A DNA stretch of 34,881 nt, taken from positions 1 to 34,881 of IMG/VR virus record IMGVR_UViG_3300032318_001636. The stretch is one strand, 5' to 3'. The notes beneath the pieces are model-generated. The model did not search any database, was not told the origin of the DNA, and saw only the letters and a list, made by a program, of their open reading frames with translations. Origin of the DNA: a virus (taxonomy: Duplodnaviria; Caudoviricetes). The position numbers and the translations under genes are program-made. Positions 1-9,083 of the stretch are shown here, one piece after another. The number at the start of each line of letters is the position of its first letter. Position 1 is the stretch's first letter.

Positions 1-47
1 GCCTTTGCGCGAATTTCCCAGAGGATTTCTGAAAACTAGGTGACTTC

Positions 48-542
48 ATGGGACGACGAGGAAGGCATCCTGATCCAAAAAGCAAGGTCAGCCAGGCCGC
101 CCTGGCCCGCGCCGCGGCCATTGGCATGGCCAAGCCGGCCGCCGCCGAGAAGCCTGAGCCGACGCAAGCAATCAAGCCACCGGCGGACGTGAGCTCGAGG
201 CCGGCGGCCGCTCGGTTCTGGAAGGACCGATGCCCGCAGATCGCCGCGGCTGGCCGGCTCAAGCCGGAGCACGCCGAGGCCCTGGCGATCCTGGCCCACC
301 TGTACGCCGACTGCCGCGAGCTCGCCGAGCAGCTGGCCGCCGAGGGCTGGATGACGTCAACCGAGAAGGGCCAGGCGGCGAACCCTGTGGCCCGCCTGCT
401 GCGTGACGCGCGCCGTGATTTCGTCGCCCTGGCCCGCGAGTACGGCCTGACGCCGGCGGCCGAGACGCGATTCCCGCCGGAGGCCGTTGACCATGGCCAA
501 GAGGACGCCGAAGAAGCCGCGCTCCGCGCCTTCTGCGGCTGA
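48..542 (+). CDS. terS: Terminase small subunit (P27-like)
   Basis: N-terminal GRRGRHPDP and C-terminal NP...REYGLTPAAETR pattern typical of P27-family TerS; immediately upstream of TerL. Confidence 0.9.
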   Translation: MGRRGRHPDPKSKVSQAALARAAAIGMAKPAAAEKPEPTQAIKPPADVSSRPAAARFWKDRCPQIAAAGRLKPEHAEALAILAHLYADCRELAEQLAAEGWMTSTEKGQAANPVARLLRDARRDFVALAREYGLTPAAETRFPPEAVDHGQEDAEEAALRAFCG

Positions 543-2109
543 ACCGGGCTCCGACCGGCCCGAGTACGTGCCGGGCTACGTCTGGGATCCCGAGGCCGCA
601 GCGAAGCCGGCCCAGTTCATTGAACAGTTCTGCCGTGTGCCGAGCCAGGACGGCGGCGAGCCGTCGAAGGTGCAGCTGATCGACTGGCAACGCGATCGCG
701 TGATCGCGCCGCTGTTTGGCTGGAAGCGGCCGGACGGCCGGCTCCGCTACCGCCGCGGCGCCGTGTTCGTGCCGAAGAAGAACGGGAAGACCTGGCTGAT
801 GGCAGGCGTGGCCCAGTACCTGCTGACGGCCCACCAGCCGCTGGCGGACGTCTACCCGGCCGCCGTCGACCGCGAGCAGGCCCGGATCCTGTATCGGATG
901 CTGAAGCGATCCGTCGAGGCCTCGCCGACGCTGTCGAAGGTGCTCGAAGTCGTCGACTCGAAGAGCATCATCCGGAATCGGAAACACGGCAACATTCTGC
1001 GCTGCTTGAGCGCCGACGCGTACCGGAACGAAGGCCTGAACGGCTCGGTGATCATCGACGAGATCCACGCCCACCGGACCGACGAGCTGGTCAGCGCGTT
1101 GGCCTATGCCACACGCGCCACGCCCAACGGCTTGGTCCTGGCGATCAGCACGGCCGGCGACGACCGCAAGGGGCCGGGGTACCAGTGGTGGCAAGACTGC
1201 GAGCTCGTGCAGAAGAACGCGGCTGCGAACCCGACGTTCTACGGGCTGATCTACGCGGCAGCGGCCGACGACGATCACGACGACCCAAAGACCTGGCGGA
1301 AGGCAAACCCGTCGATGGGCATCACTTTTTCCGAGGACGAGTTCCGGGCGGACTGGCAGGACGCGAAGACGTCGCCGATCAAATGGCAGCGGTGGCTCCG
1401 CTACTCGCTCAACGTCTGGACGACGCCAGACAACCGCTGGTTCACTCCGGAGGCCTACGCCCCGTGCGTCGCGCAGCCACCGCAGCCGCTGGAGGGCCGG
1501 TCGTGTTTCATCGGCCTGGACCTGGCCGACCATCTCGACCTGACGGCGGCCGTAGCGCTCTTCCCTGACGGCCAGGGCGGCTATGACGCCGACTGCATGT
1601 TCTGGATGCCCGAGGACAACGTGGCCGACCGCGAGCGTGAGGCCCGCGTGCCGATGCGGCAATGGATCGCCGACGGTTGGATCCGCACGACGCCTGGCGT
1701 CCGTCTCGACCACGACCAGGTCGCGGCCGACATCGTGGCCTACTCAAAGCTGCACCGTGTCCGCGGCGTCGGGGCCGATCCATGGAACCTCGGCAGCGTG
1801 GCAACGCAACTTCAACGAGCGGGCCTGGAAGTGCAGGCTATCGGCCAGTCTGTAGGCCGGATGACGGCGCCGTCGAAGCTGCTCGAGGTCCTGATCCACG
1901 AGCGGAAGTTTCGGTGCCCGTCGCCCGTCCTCCAGTGGATGGCCGGGAACGTCTGCGTATACGTCGACCATGCCGGGAACATGAAACCCGACAAGGGCCG
2001 ATCGAGCGATAAGACCGACGGGATCGTGGCGGCGGTTTGCGGCCTGGCGGTGGCAAGTACGGCTGAACCCGAGATGGGTGCGGATTCATGGCAGATCATC
2101 GAGCTGTGA
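493..2109 (+). CDS. terL: Terminase large subunit
   Basis: Walker A VPKKNGKT, Walker B VIIDEIH, ISTAG coupling motif, nuclease GLDLA and KTDGIVA; ATG at 493 chosen over TTG at 487. Confidence 0.97.
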   Translation: MAKRTPKKPRSAPSAAEPGSDRPEYVPGYVWDPEAAAKPAQFIEQFCRVPSQDGGEPSKVQLIDWQRDRVIAPLFGWKRPDGRLRYRRGAVFVPKKNGKTWLMAGVAQYLLTAHQPLADVYPAAVDREQARILYRMLKRSVEASPTLSKVLEVVDSKSIIRNRKHGNILRCLSADAYRNEGLNGSVIIDEIHAHRTDELVSALAYATRATPNGLVLAISTAGDDRKGPGYQWWQDCELVQKNAAANPTFYGLIYAAAADDDHDDPKTWRKANPSMGITFSEDEFRADWQDAKTSPIKWQRWLRYSLNVWTTPDNRWFTPEAYAPCVAQPPQPLEGRSCFIGLDLADHLDLTAAVALFPDGQGGYDADCMFWMPEDNVADREREARVPMRQWIADGWIRTTPGVRLDHDQVAADIVAYSKLHRVRGVGADPWNLGSVATQLQRAGLEVQAIGQSVGRMTAPSKLLEVLIHERKFRCPSPVLQWMAGNVCVYVDHAGNMKPDKGRSSDKTDGIVAAVCGLAVASTAEPEMGADSWQIIEL

Positions 2110-3446
2110 AGCGGACGGCGGCACCCAAGCGGCCGCGGGCTCGCAAGCCGGCCGGCGAGAAGTACGAGCTGCGTGGCCTGGCCGACCATATTCCGCTGGG
2201 CGGGATCCTCCAGGCCGATTCCATGTCGGCCGAGGTGGCCGTCCGCGTAACGTGCATCCTGGCGTGCGTCCGGTTTATCGCCAGCTCGATCGCGTGCATG
2301 CCGACCGAGGTCATGCGTCGGCGGCCCGGCTTCCCGAAGATGCACGCCCACGATCTGCCCTGCTACGACGTGCTGACCTGGCGGCCCAACGCCTGGCAAA
2401 GCGATTTCGAGTACAAGGAAACGACGTCCTATCACCTGGCTCTCTACGGCCGGGCCTACTCGCGGATCGTGTCCGGGGACAATGGGTTCTGCTCGTCGCT
2501 CGAGCCGCTGCACCCGAGCCGTATGTCCTGCCTGCGTGGTGGCGACGGCAGTCTGATCTACCGCTACCTGCTGCCGCGTGGCGAGTACAAGAATTTCGCC
2601 CAGAGCGAGATCGTTCACTACCGCTGGCTGTCGGACAATGGGTTTGAGGGCCAGCTGCCGGCCGAGCTGTGTTCGACCAGCGTGGCCCTGGCACGCAAGC
2701 TCGACGTCGCCGCCGCCAGCTTCTGGGACAACTCCGCACGCCCGGACGGCGTGATCGAGACGCAGGAAGAGATCCCGCCCGAGGCGGCCGCCAAGTTCCG
2801 GCAGCAGTGGCAGGAGATCTACGGCTCGGCCAAGCGCCGCGGCTCGACGGCGATCCTGCCAAAGAAGACGCAGTTCAAGCCGATCGAGGGCAACTCGAAT
2901 GAGGCGAATCAGTTCATGGAGCTGCGAAAGAGCATGCTCCCTGACATCGCCCGCGTGTACGGCATCCCGACGACGCTGCTCGGCGACGACGCGATGGCCA
3001 AGTACAGCAACGTCGAGCAGGAGTTCGTGACGGCCCACGTCTTCGGCCTGCTGCCGTGGCAGAAGCGTTTCGAGGGCGCGATCGACCGCTCGATCCTGCG
3101 GACGTACGACAACCCGATGGACGGCCGGCACTACTGCCGGCTCGATTCCCGCGCCCTGCTTCGTGGCGACACGCAGGCCCGCGTTGCGCTCTACCAGTTC
3201 TTGTTCAACACCGGCGCGATCTCGCCCAACGAGCTGCGGGATCTCGAGGACCTGGATCTCCTGGAGAATCCAGCGGCGAACGAAACGTACATGCAACTCG
3301 GATTCGCGCCGCTTGGCACGTCGGCCACAGGAACGGCCCCGGACGCGGCTCCGGCCATGCCGCCGGCGAACACGCAGTTCCCGGCAGACACGCTGGACCC
3401 GGAAGACGTGCCGGCCCAAGCTCCGGAGGATCCTGCCAATGCGTGA
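2088..3446 (+). CDS. Portal protein, HK97 family
   Basis: ACVRFIASSIA, RPNAWQS, LYGRAY, IARVYGIP, YSNVEQ, ISPNELRDLEDL motifs; follows TerL; start could be GTG 2106. Confidence 0.96.
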   Translation: MADHRAVKRTAAPKRPRARKPAGEKYELRGLADHIPLGGILQADSMSAEVAVRVTCILACVRFIASSIACMPTEVMRRRPGFPKMHAHDLPCYDVLTWRPNAWQSDFEYKETTSYHLALYGRAYSRIVSGDNGFCSSLEPLHPSRMSCLRGGDGSLIYRYLLPRGEYKNFAQSEIVHYRWLSDNGFEGQLPAELCSTSVALARKLDVAAASFWDNSARPDGVIETQEEIPPEAAAKFRQQWQEIYGSAKRRGSTAILPKKTQFKPIEGNSNEANQFMELRKSMLPDIARVYGIPTTLLGDDAMAKYSNVEQEFVTAHVFGLLPWQKRFEGAIDRSILRTYDNPMDGRHYCRLDSRALLRGDTQARVALYQFLFNTGAISPNELRDLEDLDLLENPAANETYMQLGFAPLGTSATGTAPDAAPAMPPANTQFPADTLDPEDVPAQAPEDPANA

Positions 3447-4149
3447 TGACGTCGAGCGGCGTTACGTCCCGACTGCCGTCGAGCCGATCGAGCTCGAGGA
3501 GCGGTCCGCGGCCTCGCCGCTGATCAAGGGGATCTCGCCGCCGTTCAATTCGCGGAGCGAGGACCTGGGCGGTTTCCGCGAGGTGTTTCTGCCGACGGCG
3601 TTCGACAAGATCGTCGGCCGGCACCGGAACGACCCGCGCGGCGGGCTCGACACTGTTGCCCTATTCGATCATGCAGGCCAGCCGATCGGCCGCACGACGA
3701 ATGACACGCTCCGCCTAAACGTCACAGATCGCGGGCTTGCGTATTCCATCGACCCGCCGGATACGACGCTTGGGCGTGACATTACGACCCTCGTGAAGAG
3801 GGGCGACCTGTTCGGGGCCAGCTTCGCGTTCACGCTGCCGCAGGGCGGCACAGGCGAGGCGTGGAGCCAGGAGGCGGACGGCACCATGGTCCGCACGATC
3901 TCCGATGTCGCCGGCCTGTGGGACGTGTCGATCGTGACGCGGGCCGCGTACCCGCAGTCGTCGGCGGCCCTGCGGTCGCTCGAGCAGTGGCGGGCCGATC
4001 ACCTGACAGAGGCCGAGCAGCGGCAAGCGGCCGAGCGAGTGGCAGACGAGCAGGCAGACAGACGCCGCCGCTGGTCCTACGCCCTGACGGCGGCCTCCGC
4101 CAAACTCGCAGCCATGAGGCTCCGCGCCAATGTCGGCCGAATCAAGTAG
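3439..4149 (+). CDS. Prohead maturation protease, HK97 family
   Basis: SEDLGGFREVF, ALFDH, IGRT, ASFAF, DVSIVTRAAYP motifs; true start is ATG 3439 overlapping the portal end. Confidence 0.94.
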   Translation: MRDDVERRYVPTAVEPIELEERSAASPLIKGISPPFNSRSEDLGGFREVFLPTAFDKIVGRHRNDPRGGLDTVALFDHAGQPIGRTTNDTLRLNVTDRGLAYSIDPPDTTLGRDITTLVKRGDLFGASFAFTLPQGGTGEAWSQEADGTMVRTISDVAGLWDVSIVTRAAYPQSSAALRSLEQWRADHLTEAEQRQAAERVADEQADRRRRWSYALTAASAKLAAMRLRANVGRIK

Positions 4150-4297
4150 GGCCTGCCGCAACTGTGGCCACCGCTGCCGCGTGATCACCTCCAGGCGTGT
4201 CGGCCTGGAGCAGGAGCAGCGGCTGGAATGCAGCTGCTGCCACGCCCGCAGGAAGCGTGTCGTGCCGGCCACCGAGATCTGGACGAGGAAGCGATGA
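4130..4297 (+). CDS. 55-aa C4 zinc-ribbon protein (Ogr/Delta- or NrdR-N-like); absent from the ORF track
   Basis: Translated by hand: MSAESSRACRNCGHRCRVITSRRVGLEQEQRLECSCCHARRKRVVPATEIWTRKR; stop overlaps the next ATG (ATGA). Confidence 0.75.
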   Translation: MSAESSRACRNCGHRCRVITSRRVGLEQEQRLECSCCHARRKRVVPATEIWTRKR

Positions 4298-4653
4298 ACG
4301 CCAGCGACACGATCACGACAGTCGCCGCCAGCGTGAACGCGTTCCTGGCCGGCGCACGCGACAAGGCGAAGGACGGCCTGACGTGGTCCGAGTTTGGCCG
4401 GATGCTCGTCGAGCTGCTGTACCTGGTCGTCAGAGCCCTGGAGGCCGTCGCTGGCCTGACAGGCCCGGAGAAGAAGGCGATCGCGCTGACGGCCGTGGCG
4501 GCGCTCTTCGACTCGTTTGCCGACAAGGCCGTTCCGCTGGCCGCCTGGCCGGCGTGGATGCTGATCCGGCCGGCAACCCGAGTTCTCGTTCTCTCGCTCG
4601 CCGCCGGCGCCGTCGAGGCCCTGCTGCGAATCACCAGGAGCCAGGAAGCATGA
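4294..4653 (+). CDS. Membrane-associated protein, possibly holin-like
   Basis: Hydrophobic helices; GPEKKAIAL segment reminiscent of LL-H-type holins; ATGA-coupled on both sides. Confidence 0.6.
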   Translation: MNASDTITTVAASVNAFLAGARDKAKDGLTWSEFGRMLVELLYLVVRALEAVAGLTGPEKKAIALTAVAALFDSFADKAVPLAAWPAWMLIRPATRVLVLSLAAGAVEALLRITRSQEA

Positions 4654-4928
4654 TCACCGCCCTGCTCGTCGTCGCCGCGCTGGCCTACCTGTTCTGGCCG
4701 CGTGGCGTTACGAATCCTCTGCCAAAGATTTCTGCGGCAGATGATTTGTTCCGCGTCCCGCCCCAGGTGCCGGCGGCCGCCGCCCCGGCCCCGGACCCGC
4801 GGGCCGCGATCGACTCGCTGCTGGCCGTGCGTGACCGGCTCGCGGCCACCGACGCCCTGGACGAGGACTCTGCGAAGGCCGTCGACACGCTGTGGCTCGA
4901 CCTGTTGCACGGGAGCCAGCGGAAATGA
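4650..4928 (+). CDS. Hypothetical protein with N-terminal transmembrane anchor
   Basis: MITALLVVAALAYLFWP start, ATGA overlap. Confidence 0.75.
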   Translation: MITALLVVAALAYLFWPRGVTNPLPKISAADDLFRVPPQVPAAAAPAPDPRAAIDSLLAVRDRLAATDALDEDSAKAVDTLWLDLLHGSQRK

Positions 4929-5377
4929 ATCAGCGGACAATCCTTGTCGCTGCCCTGCTGGCCGGCGCCGCCGTGGCGGCCGCCGTCGAGTTCTGGCCGC
5001 GGTCGACCGTGGTGCCGCCAAACGACGGCGGGCTGAATCTCCGCGGCAAGTTCATCGGATCCGAGGCGGCCGCCGACGCCGCGTCGTTCGCCGGCGTCTG
5101 TGCCGCCGTGGCCGACGCCCTCGAGCTCGACGGCAAGTCTGGATCGCCGCGGATCTCGACAGGCCTCCAGCTCGAGGACCTGCGGACGGCTGCCAGCGAG
5201 TTCCGGTTCTCGCCGGTGCCGCTGCGTGAACGCCAGCCGCACGCCAAGGCGGCGATCGGAAAGTACCTCGACGAGGTTGTCGGCAAGAGCGGCGGGCCGC
5301 TGTCGGAGACGTCGCGGACTGCGTGGGTCGAGGCGTTCCGGGAGCTGGCCAGGGCGGCCGAGGAGGCCGTCCGATGA
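4925..5377 (+). CDS. Hypothetical protein with N-terminal signal/anchor
   Basis: MNQRTILVAALLAGAAVAAAVEFWP start, ATGA overlap. Confidence 0.75.
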   Translation: MNQRTILVAALLAGAAVAAAVEFWPRSTVVPPNDGGLNLRGKFIGSEAAADAASFAGVCAAVADALELDGKSGSPRISTGLQLEDLRTAASEFRFSPVPLRERQPHAKAAIGKYLDEVVGKSGGPLSETSRTAWVEAFRELARAAEEAVR

Positions 5378-5613
5378 GCTGGGCCGACTGGCTGTGGGAA
5401 TTCATCGACAACGGCGTCTACGCGCTGACAGTGCTGGCCTGCGTCGTGCTCTTGATCTCGGCCGGGGCCTGCCCGGCGATCTTGCTGGCCATCCGCCAGG
5501 AGGTCCGCGAGCTGCGGCAGGCCGTCGAGGCGATCCCGCCGTGTCAGTGCCGGTGCCGTGCGCCGCTCCTGCCGCTGCCGATCCCGCGTCGGATCGGCGA
5601 GGAGGCGGACTGA
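5374..5613 (+). CDS. Small single-pass membrane protein
   Basis: Long hydrophobic stretch, short coiled coil, CQCRC motif; GAGGAGG RBS and ATGA overlap. Confidence 0.7.
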   Translation: MSWADWLWEFIDNGVYALTVLACVVLLISAGACPAILLAIRQEVRELRQAVEAIPPCQCRCRAPLLPLPIPRRIGEEAD

Positions 5614-6710
5614 TGAGCAACCGCCAGGCAGCGTGGACGTGGTCCGCCGTCGCGTTCGTCGTGTTCGCGGCGATCCTGGGAGCGCTCGTCGACCACCTGA
5701 CGCACAAGGCCCTCCGGGCCGCTGATCGCCAGATGGGCTGGACGCCCAACCCGGAAGGCACGCGGGCTTTCCTCCGCGAGCTCGAGCAGCCGACATTCCG
5801 TCAGGCCGCCCCGGACGTCCTGGCGGCCGCGAAGGGGCGAGACGCCTACCTGTACCGCTACGCCGAAAGAGCCCACCAGGCGCGCTACGGCACGCCCTAC
5901 GGGCCATGGAACCAGGGCGAGATCGGGACGTGTGTATCGTTCGGCTGGGGCATGGGAAGCTACGTCGGCCAGTGCGTCGACTGGTGCCAGGGCGGCCTGG
6001 CGGAGCCGCCGCTCGAGGTGGCAACCGAGCCAATCTACGCCGGCAGCCGGACCGAGGGCCGGCTCCCGCCGGTGACGTTCGCGGGCTACTCCGACGGCTC
6101 ATACGGAGCAGCCGCGGCACGCTGGGTGGCCGGCCTGAAGAACGGCCACGGCGGGATCCTGTACCGCCAGAAGTACGGCGACGTCGACCTGACGAAGTAC
6201 GAGATCCCGCGGGCCAAGGAATGGGGCGCTCGTGGCGTGTCGCCGCAGCTCGCCAAAGAGGCGAACCAACACACGGCACGAGCCGTCGCCCTGGTCGAGA
6301 CGTGGCAAGGCCTGACGGCGGCGCTCGAAAACGGCCTGTGCGTGCCGATCTGCTCGAACATCGGGTTCAAGGGCCAGGACAGAGACGCCGACGGGTTCCT
6401 GAAGAGGAGCGGCAGCTGGGCGCATTGCATGGTTGTCATCGGCGTGAAGTACGCGAAGAACAATCTGCCGGGATCGCTGACGCCGATGCAGCACCCGCGC
6501 GACGGCGTGCTCGTGATGAACAGCTGGGGTCCGAATTGGGTACGCGGCGGCAGGCATCCCGTCGACCAGCCCGACGGCTCGTTCTGGATCACACGCGGAG
6601 ACGCCGAGGCGATCCTGGCGCAGGGCGACTCGTTCGTGATCGGATCGGTCGACGGGTTCAAGGCCCGCGAACTCGTAAACGACGGCTGGATGGCCAAGGG
6701 GGATAAATGA
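5613..6710 (+). CDS. Membrane-anchored papain-like (C1-type) cysteine peptidase
   Basis: NQGEIGTCVSFG (oxyanion Gln + catalytic Cys), WAHCMVVIG (His), VMNSWG (Asn); N-terminal TM helix; GGAGG RBS. Confidence 0.88.
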   Translation: MSNRQAAWTWSAVAFVVFAAILGALVDHLTHKALRAADRQMGWTPNPEGTRAFLRELEQPTFRQAAPDVLAAAKGRDAYLYRYAERAHQARYGTPYGPWNQGEIGTCVSFGWGMGSYVGQCVDWCQGGLAEPPLEVATEPIYAGSRTEGRLPPVTFAGYSDGSYGAAAARWVAGLKNGHGGILYRQKYGDVDLTKYEIPRAKEWGARGVSPQLAKEANQHTARAVALVETWQGLTAALENGLCVPICSNIGFKGQDRDADGFLKRSGSWAHCMVVIGVKYAKNNLPGSLTPMQHPRDGVLVMNSWGPNWVRGGRHPVDQPDGSFWITRGDAEAILAQGDSFVIGSVDGFKARELVNDGWMAKGDK

Positions 6711-6943
6711 TCTCGCTCGTCTACTGGGCATTACTGGGGGCGATTGCCGGCGGCGTGGCAAAGGCCATCGTGCCGGCGAACGTCCCGGCCGGCTGGATCC
6801 CGACGATCGGCGTCGGCGTGCTCGGCTCGATCGCCGGCGGCCTGCCGTTCGGACAAGGCCCGGCCGGCGTCGTCGGATCGATCGTCGGGGCATGCGTCGT
6901 CCTGTACCTGTACCGGCTGTGGAGTGAATCAGATGCGACCTGA
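6707..6943 (+). CDS. GlsB/YeaQ/YmgE-like (transglycosylase-associated) membrane protein
   Basis: W..LGAIAG.VAKAIVP...TIGVGVLGSIAGG...GSIVGACVVL pattern, 78 aa, about 3 TM helices. Confidence 0.85.
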   Translation: MISLVYWALLGAIAGGVAKAIVPANVPAGWIPTIGVGVLGSIAGGLPFGQGPAGVVGSIVGACVVLYLYRLWSESDAT

Positions 6944-7214
6944 CCAGAAGAAGCTGATCGTTGCCGCCGTCGTCCTGGCTGGCGCGACGTGGTGGCTGGC
7001 AACTGCGCCAGAGTCTCCGATCCGCCCCACGCCGCCGCGGCCCGAGCGCCCGGTCCTGCGGTTCCTGGCAAGAGTCGCCCAGGTCGCGGCGAAGTTCGGC
7101 CTGGCTGCCCTGTGGGTCTTCGAGCCGGCTCCGCCCGATGCCGACGAGGTGCAGTTCGCCCACGCGACGATCGGCGTCGACGGCCACCAGGTCCTCGATA
7201 ACGCGAGGTGGTAG
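6933..7214 (+). CDS. Hypothetical membrane protein
   Basis: MRPDQKKLIVAAVVLAGATWWL anchor, Pro-rich linker, second hydrophobic segment. Confidence 0.7.
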   Translation: MRPDQKKLIVAAVVLAGATWWLATAPESPIRPTPPRPERPVLRFLARVAQVAAKFGLAALWVFEPAPPDADEVQFAHATIGVDGHQVLDNARW

Positions 7215-7514
7215 ATGCACGCCCTGTGGCATTGGCTGCTCTGGATGCTGGCGGCTACCTCGAGCGATCCGGCCGACATGGCCGCCGAGCGTGCTCGAGG
7301 TGCCGGCTGCGTGACCGTGGCCTATGCGGCCATGGCCAAGGAGCCGGCGCCGCCGCCTGAACCGGCGCCGCCGCAGCTCGAGCAGAAGCCGAAGGCGGCC
7401 GCGTGCGAGAAGTGCGGCGGCACGGGCCGCATCTACAGGCCCGACGGTGGATACGTACGCTGCTCGTGCGGCGCGTGTTCGTCCGGGCGATGCCCGGCAA
7501 AAGTTCTACCGTAG
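7215..7514 (+). CDS. Hypothetical protein with hydrophobic N-terminus and DnaJ-like Zn finger
   Basis: CEKCGGTG...CSCGAC...C after a Pro-rich linker. Confidence 0.7.
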   Translation: MHALWHWLLWMLAATSSDPADMAAERARGAGCVTVAYAAMAKEPAPPPEPAPPQLEQKPKAAACEKCGGTGRIYRPDGGYVRCSCGACSSGRCPAKVLP

Positions 7515-7597
7515 AACAGTCGAGTTCAACGGTGGTCCGTAGTTCGGGACAGTGTGCGAGTCGATCACGACGAAACACCCTTCCCCGCGAGGACACG

Positions 7598-8818
7598 ATG
7601 AGCAAGCTCCGCCTGGCCCAGGACGAAATCGCCACCCTTCTCCCGCAGATCGAGAACCTCCGGAACGTCGACCCCAACGACGACAAGGACGGCGCGGCGG
7701 CCGCGGCCCTCGAGCGGGCGCTCCAGCGTGCCGACGAGCTGAACCAGGTCGTCGAGCGTGAGAACGCGATCGAGGCCCGCCTTGCGGCGGCCCGTTCGAA
7801 GCTGGCGCCGGTCGCCGACAGCGAGCCGCGCGCAGCTGTCGAGAAGGGCGAGGCCCGCAGCGAGCGGACCGACATCCGCTCCGGCGTGCAGGGGTTCTCG
7901 TCCGCCAAGGCTGCGGCCCTGGTCGGCGGCTACCTGCGGCAGCTCTACACCGGCGAAATCCGGGCGATGGGAGAAACGTCCACCGCGTACGACGCGAAGG
8001 GTGCCGAGTACGTCATCGGCGAGCTCTACAACGCGATCGTGAACCGGCTCCAGTACGCGTCGGTCGGCCTCCAGCTGGCAACAGTCGTGCGTCCGGCCGG
8101 TGCGAAGATCTCGTTCCCGAAGGTCGGCGACGCCACCGCGTCGTTCGTTTCCGAAGGCACCGCGACCAGCGACCAGGACCTGACCACCAGCGTGGCGGAC
8201 CTGACGCTTTACGAGATGCGGGCCTCGGTGGCCGTGTCGCGTAGCCTGCTCGACGACTCGCCGATCGACGTGGCCGGCCTTGTGGCCGAGCGTTTCGCCC
8301 TGTCCTACGCCCAGAAGTTCGACGCCGTCTGGCTCGGTGGCAACTCCTCCAGCCCGACGATCACCGGCCTGGCAGGTGCGGTCGCCTCTGGCAACACGAT
8401 CACCGTGGCTGCCAATGCGGCCACCAGCCTCAACAACCTGGCCGACGTCGTCGGCAAGGTCGACGAGACGGTGATGGGGACTTCGGCGTGGGTCGCCAGC
8501 CGTGCCGGCTGGGTGGACCTGATGAAGCTGTGGGCGGCCCAGCAGACGACCATGACTGTCGGCGGCGGTCGGGTTGTGCCGACGGTGTTCGGCGCTCCTG
8601 TCTACCTGGTGAAGGGCCTGCCCTCGACGACGCTGGCCCTCTACGGCGACTTCTCGATGGCGTCGGCGATCGGCATCAAGGACAGCGGCCTCGAGATCGA
8701 AGCCGGCCGCGAGATCCTGATGCGGAATCGCCAGGTCCTGTACGTGGCGAACACCCGGTACGGCGTGGCCAACCACGCCCCCGAGTTCGTGGGCCGGCTC
8801 GCCAAGGCAGCCAGCTGA
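7598..8818 (+). CDS. Major capsid protein, HK97 fold with N-terminal delta (scaffold) domain
   Basis: Coiled-coil N-terminus, ASFVSEG, VSRSLLDDSPIDV, VFGAPV, LYGDFS motifs; ATG 7598 after GAGGA RBS. Confidence 0.96.
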   Translation: MSKLRLAQDEIATLLPQIENLRNVDPNDDKDGAAAAALERALQRADELNQVVERENAIEARLAAARSKLAPVADSEPRAAVEKGEARSERTDIRSGVQGFSSAKAAALVGGYLRQLYTGEIRAMGETSTAYDAKGAEYVIGELYNAIVNRLQYASVGLQLATVVRPAGAKISFPKVGDATASFVSEGTATSDQDLTTSVADLTLYEMRASVAVSRSLLDDSPIDVAGLVAERFALSYAQKFDAVWLGGNSSSPTITGLAGAVASGNTITVAANAATSLNNLADVVGKVDETVMGTSAWVASRAGWVDLMKLWAAQQTTMTVGGGRVVPTVFGAPVYLVKGLPSTTLALYGDFSMASAIGIKDSGLEIEAGREILMRNRQVLYVANTRYGVANHAPEFVGRLAKAAS

Positions 8819-8840
8819 TCCCAGTCGAGCGTGCGAAACA

Positions 8841-8876
8841 CGGCGGCCGGGGGTGGATCACCGCCCCCGGCCGCTG
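8841..8876 (+). terminator. GC-rich hairpin after the capsid gene (terminator or mRNA stabiliser)
   Basis: CGGCGGCCGGGGGTGG-ATCA-CCGCCCCCGGCCGCTG, 16-bp stem with G-U pairs; no U tract. Confidence 0.55.
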
Positions 8877-8894
8877 GTCCATGAGGAGCAGACA

Positions 8895-9080
8895 ATGCCA
8901 AAGGTCCGATTCATAAAGGCCGCCTGGGGCCACCAGCCAGGCGACGTCGTCGAGTTCGCCAATGATTTCGTCCTGGCGATTGTCCAGGAGGGTGCCGGCG
9001 TCGAGCTCGAGGGCCAGCCGCCGGTCGAGCGTGCTGTGGTCAATGAGCCCGGCAAAGAGACGGCCACGATCAAGAGGTGA
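8895..9080 (+). CDS. Small post-capsid protein
   Basis: MPKVRFIKAAWGHQPGDVVE pattern common directly after HK97-type capsid genes; GAGGAG RBS. Confidence 0.75.
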   Translation: MPKVRFIKAAWGHQPGDVVEFANDFVLAIVQEGAGVELEGQPPVERAVVNEPGKETATIKR

Positions 9081-9083
9081 ACG

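Noticed and set aside
3163-3438. Upstream extensions in the ORF track (protease from 3163, peptidase from 5100, capsid from 7403, kinase from 20327)
   Set aside because: They overlap upstream genes; downstream ATGs have RBSs or stop-start coupling
259-8776. Long minus-strand ORFs (259-1713, 1812-3419, 4930-6279, 7565-8776 and similar elsewhere)
   Set aside because: Antisense shadows of GC-rich genes with no motifs, lying opposite clearly identified + strand genes
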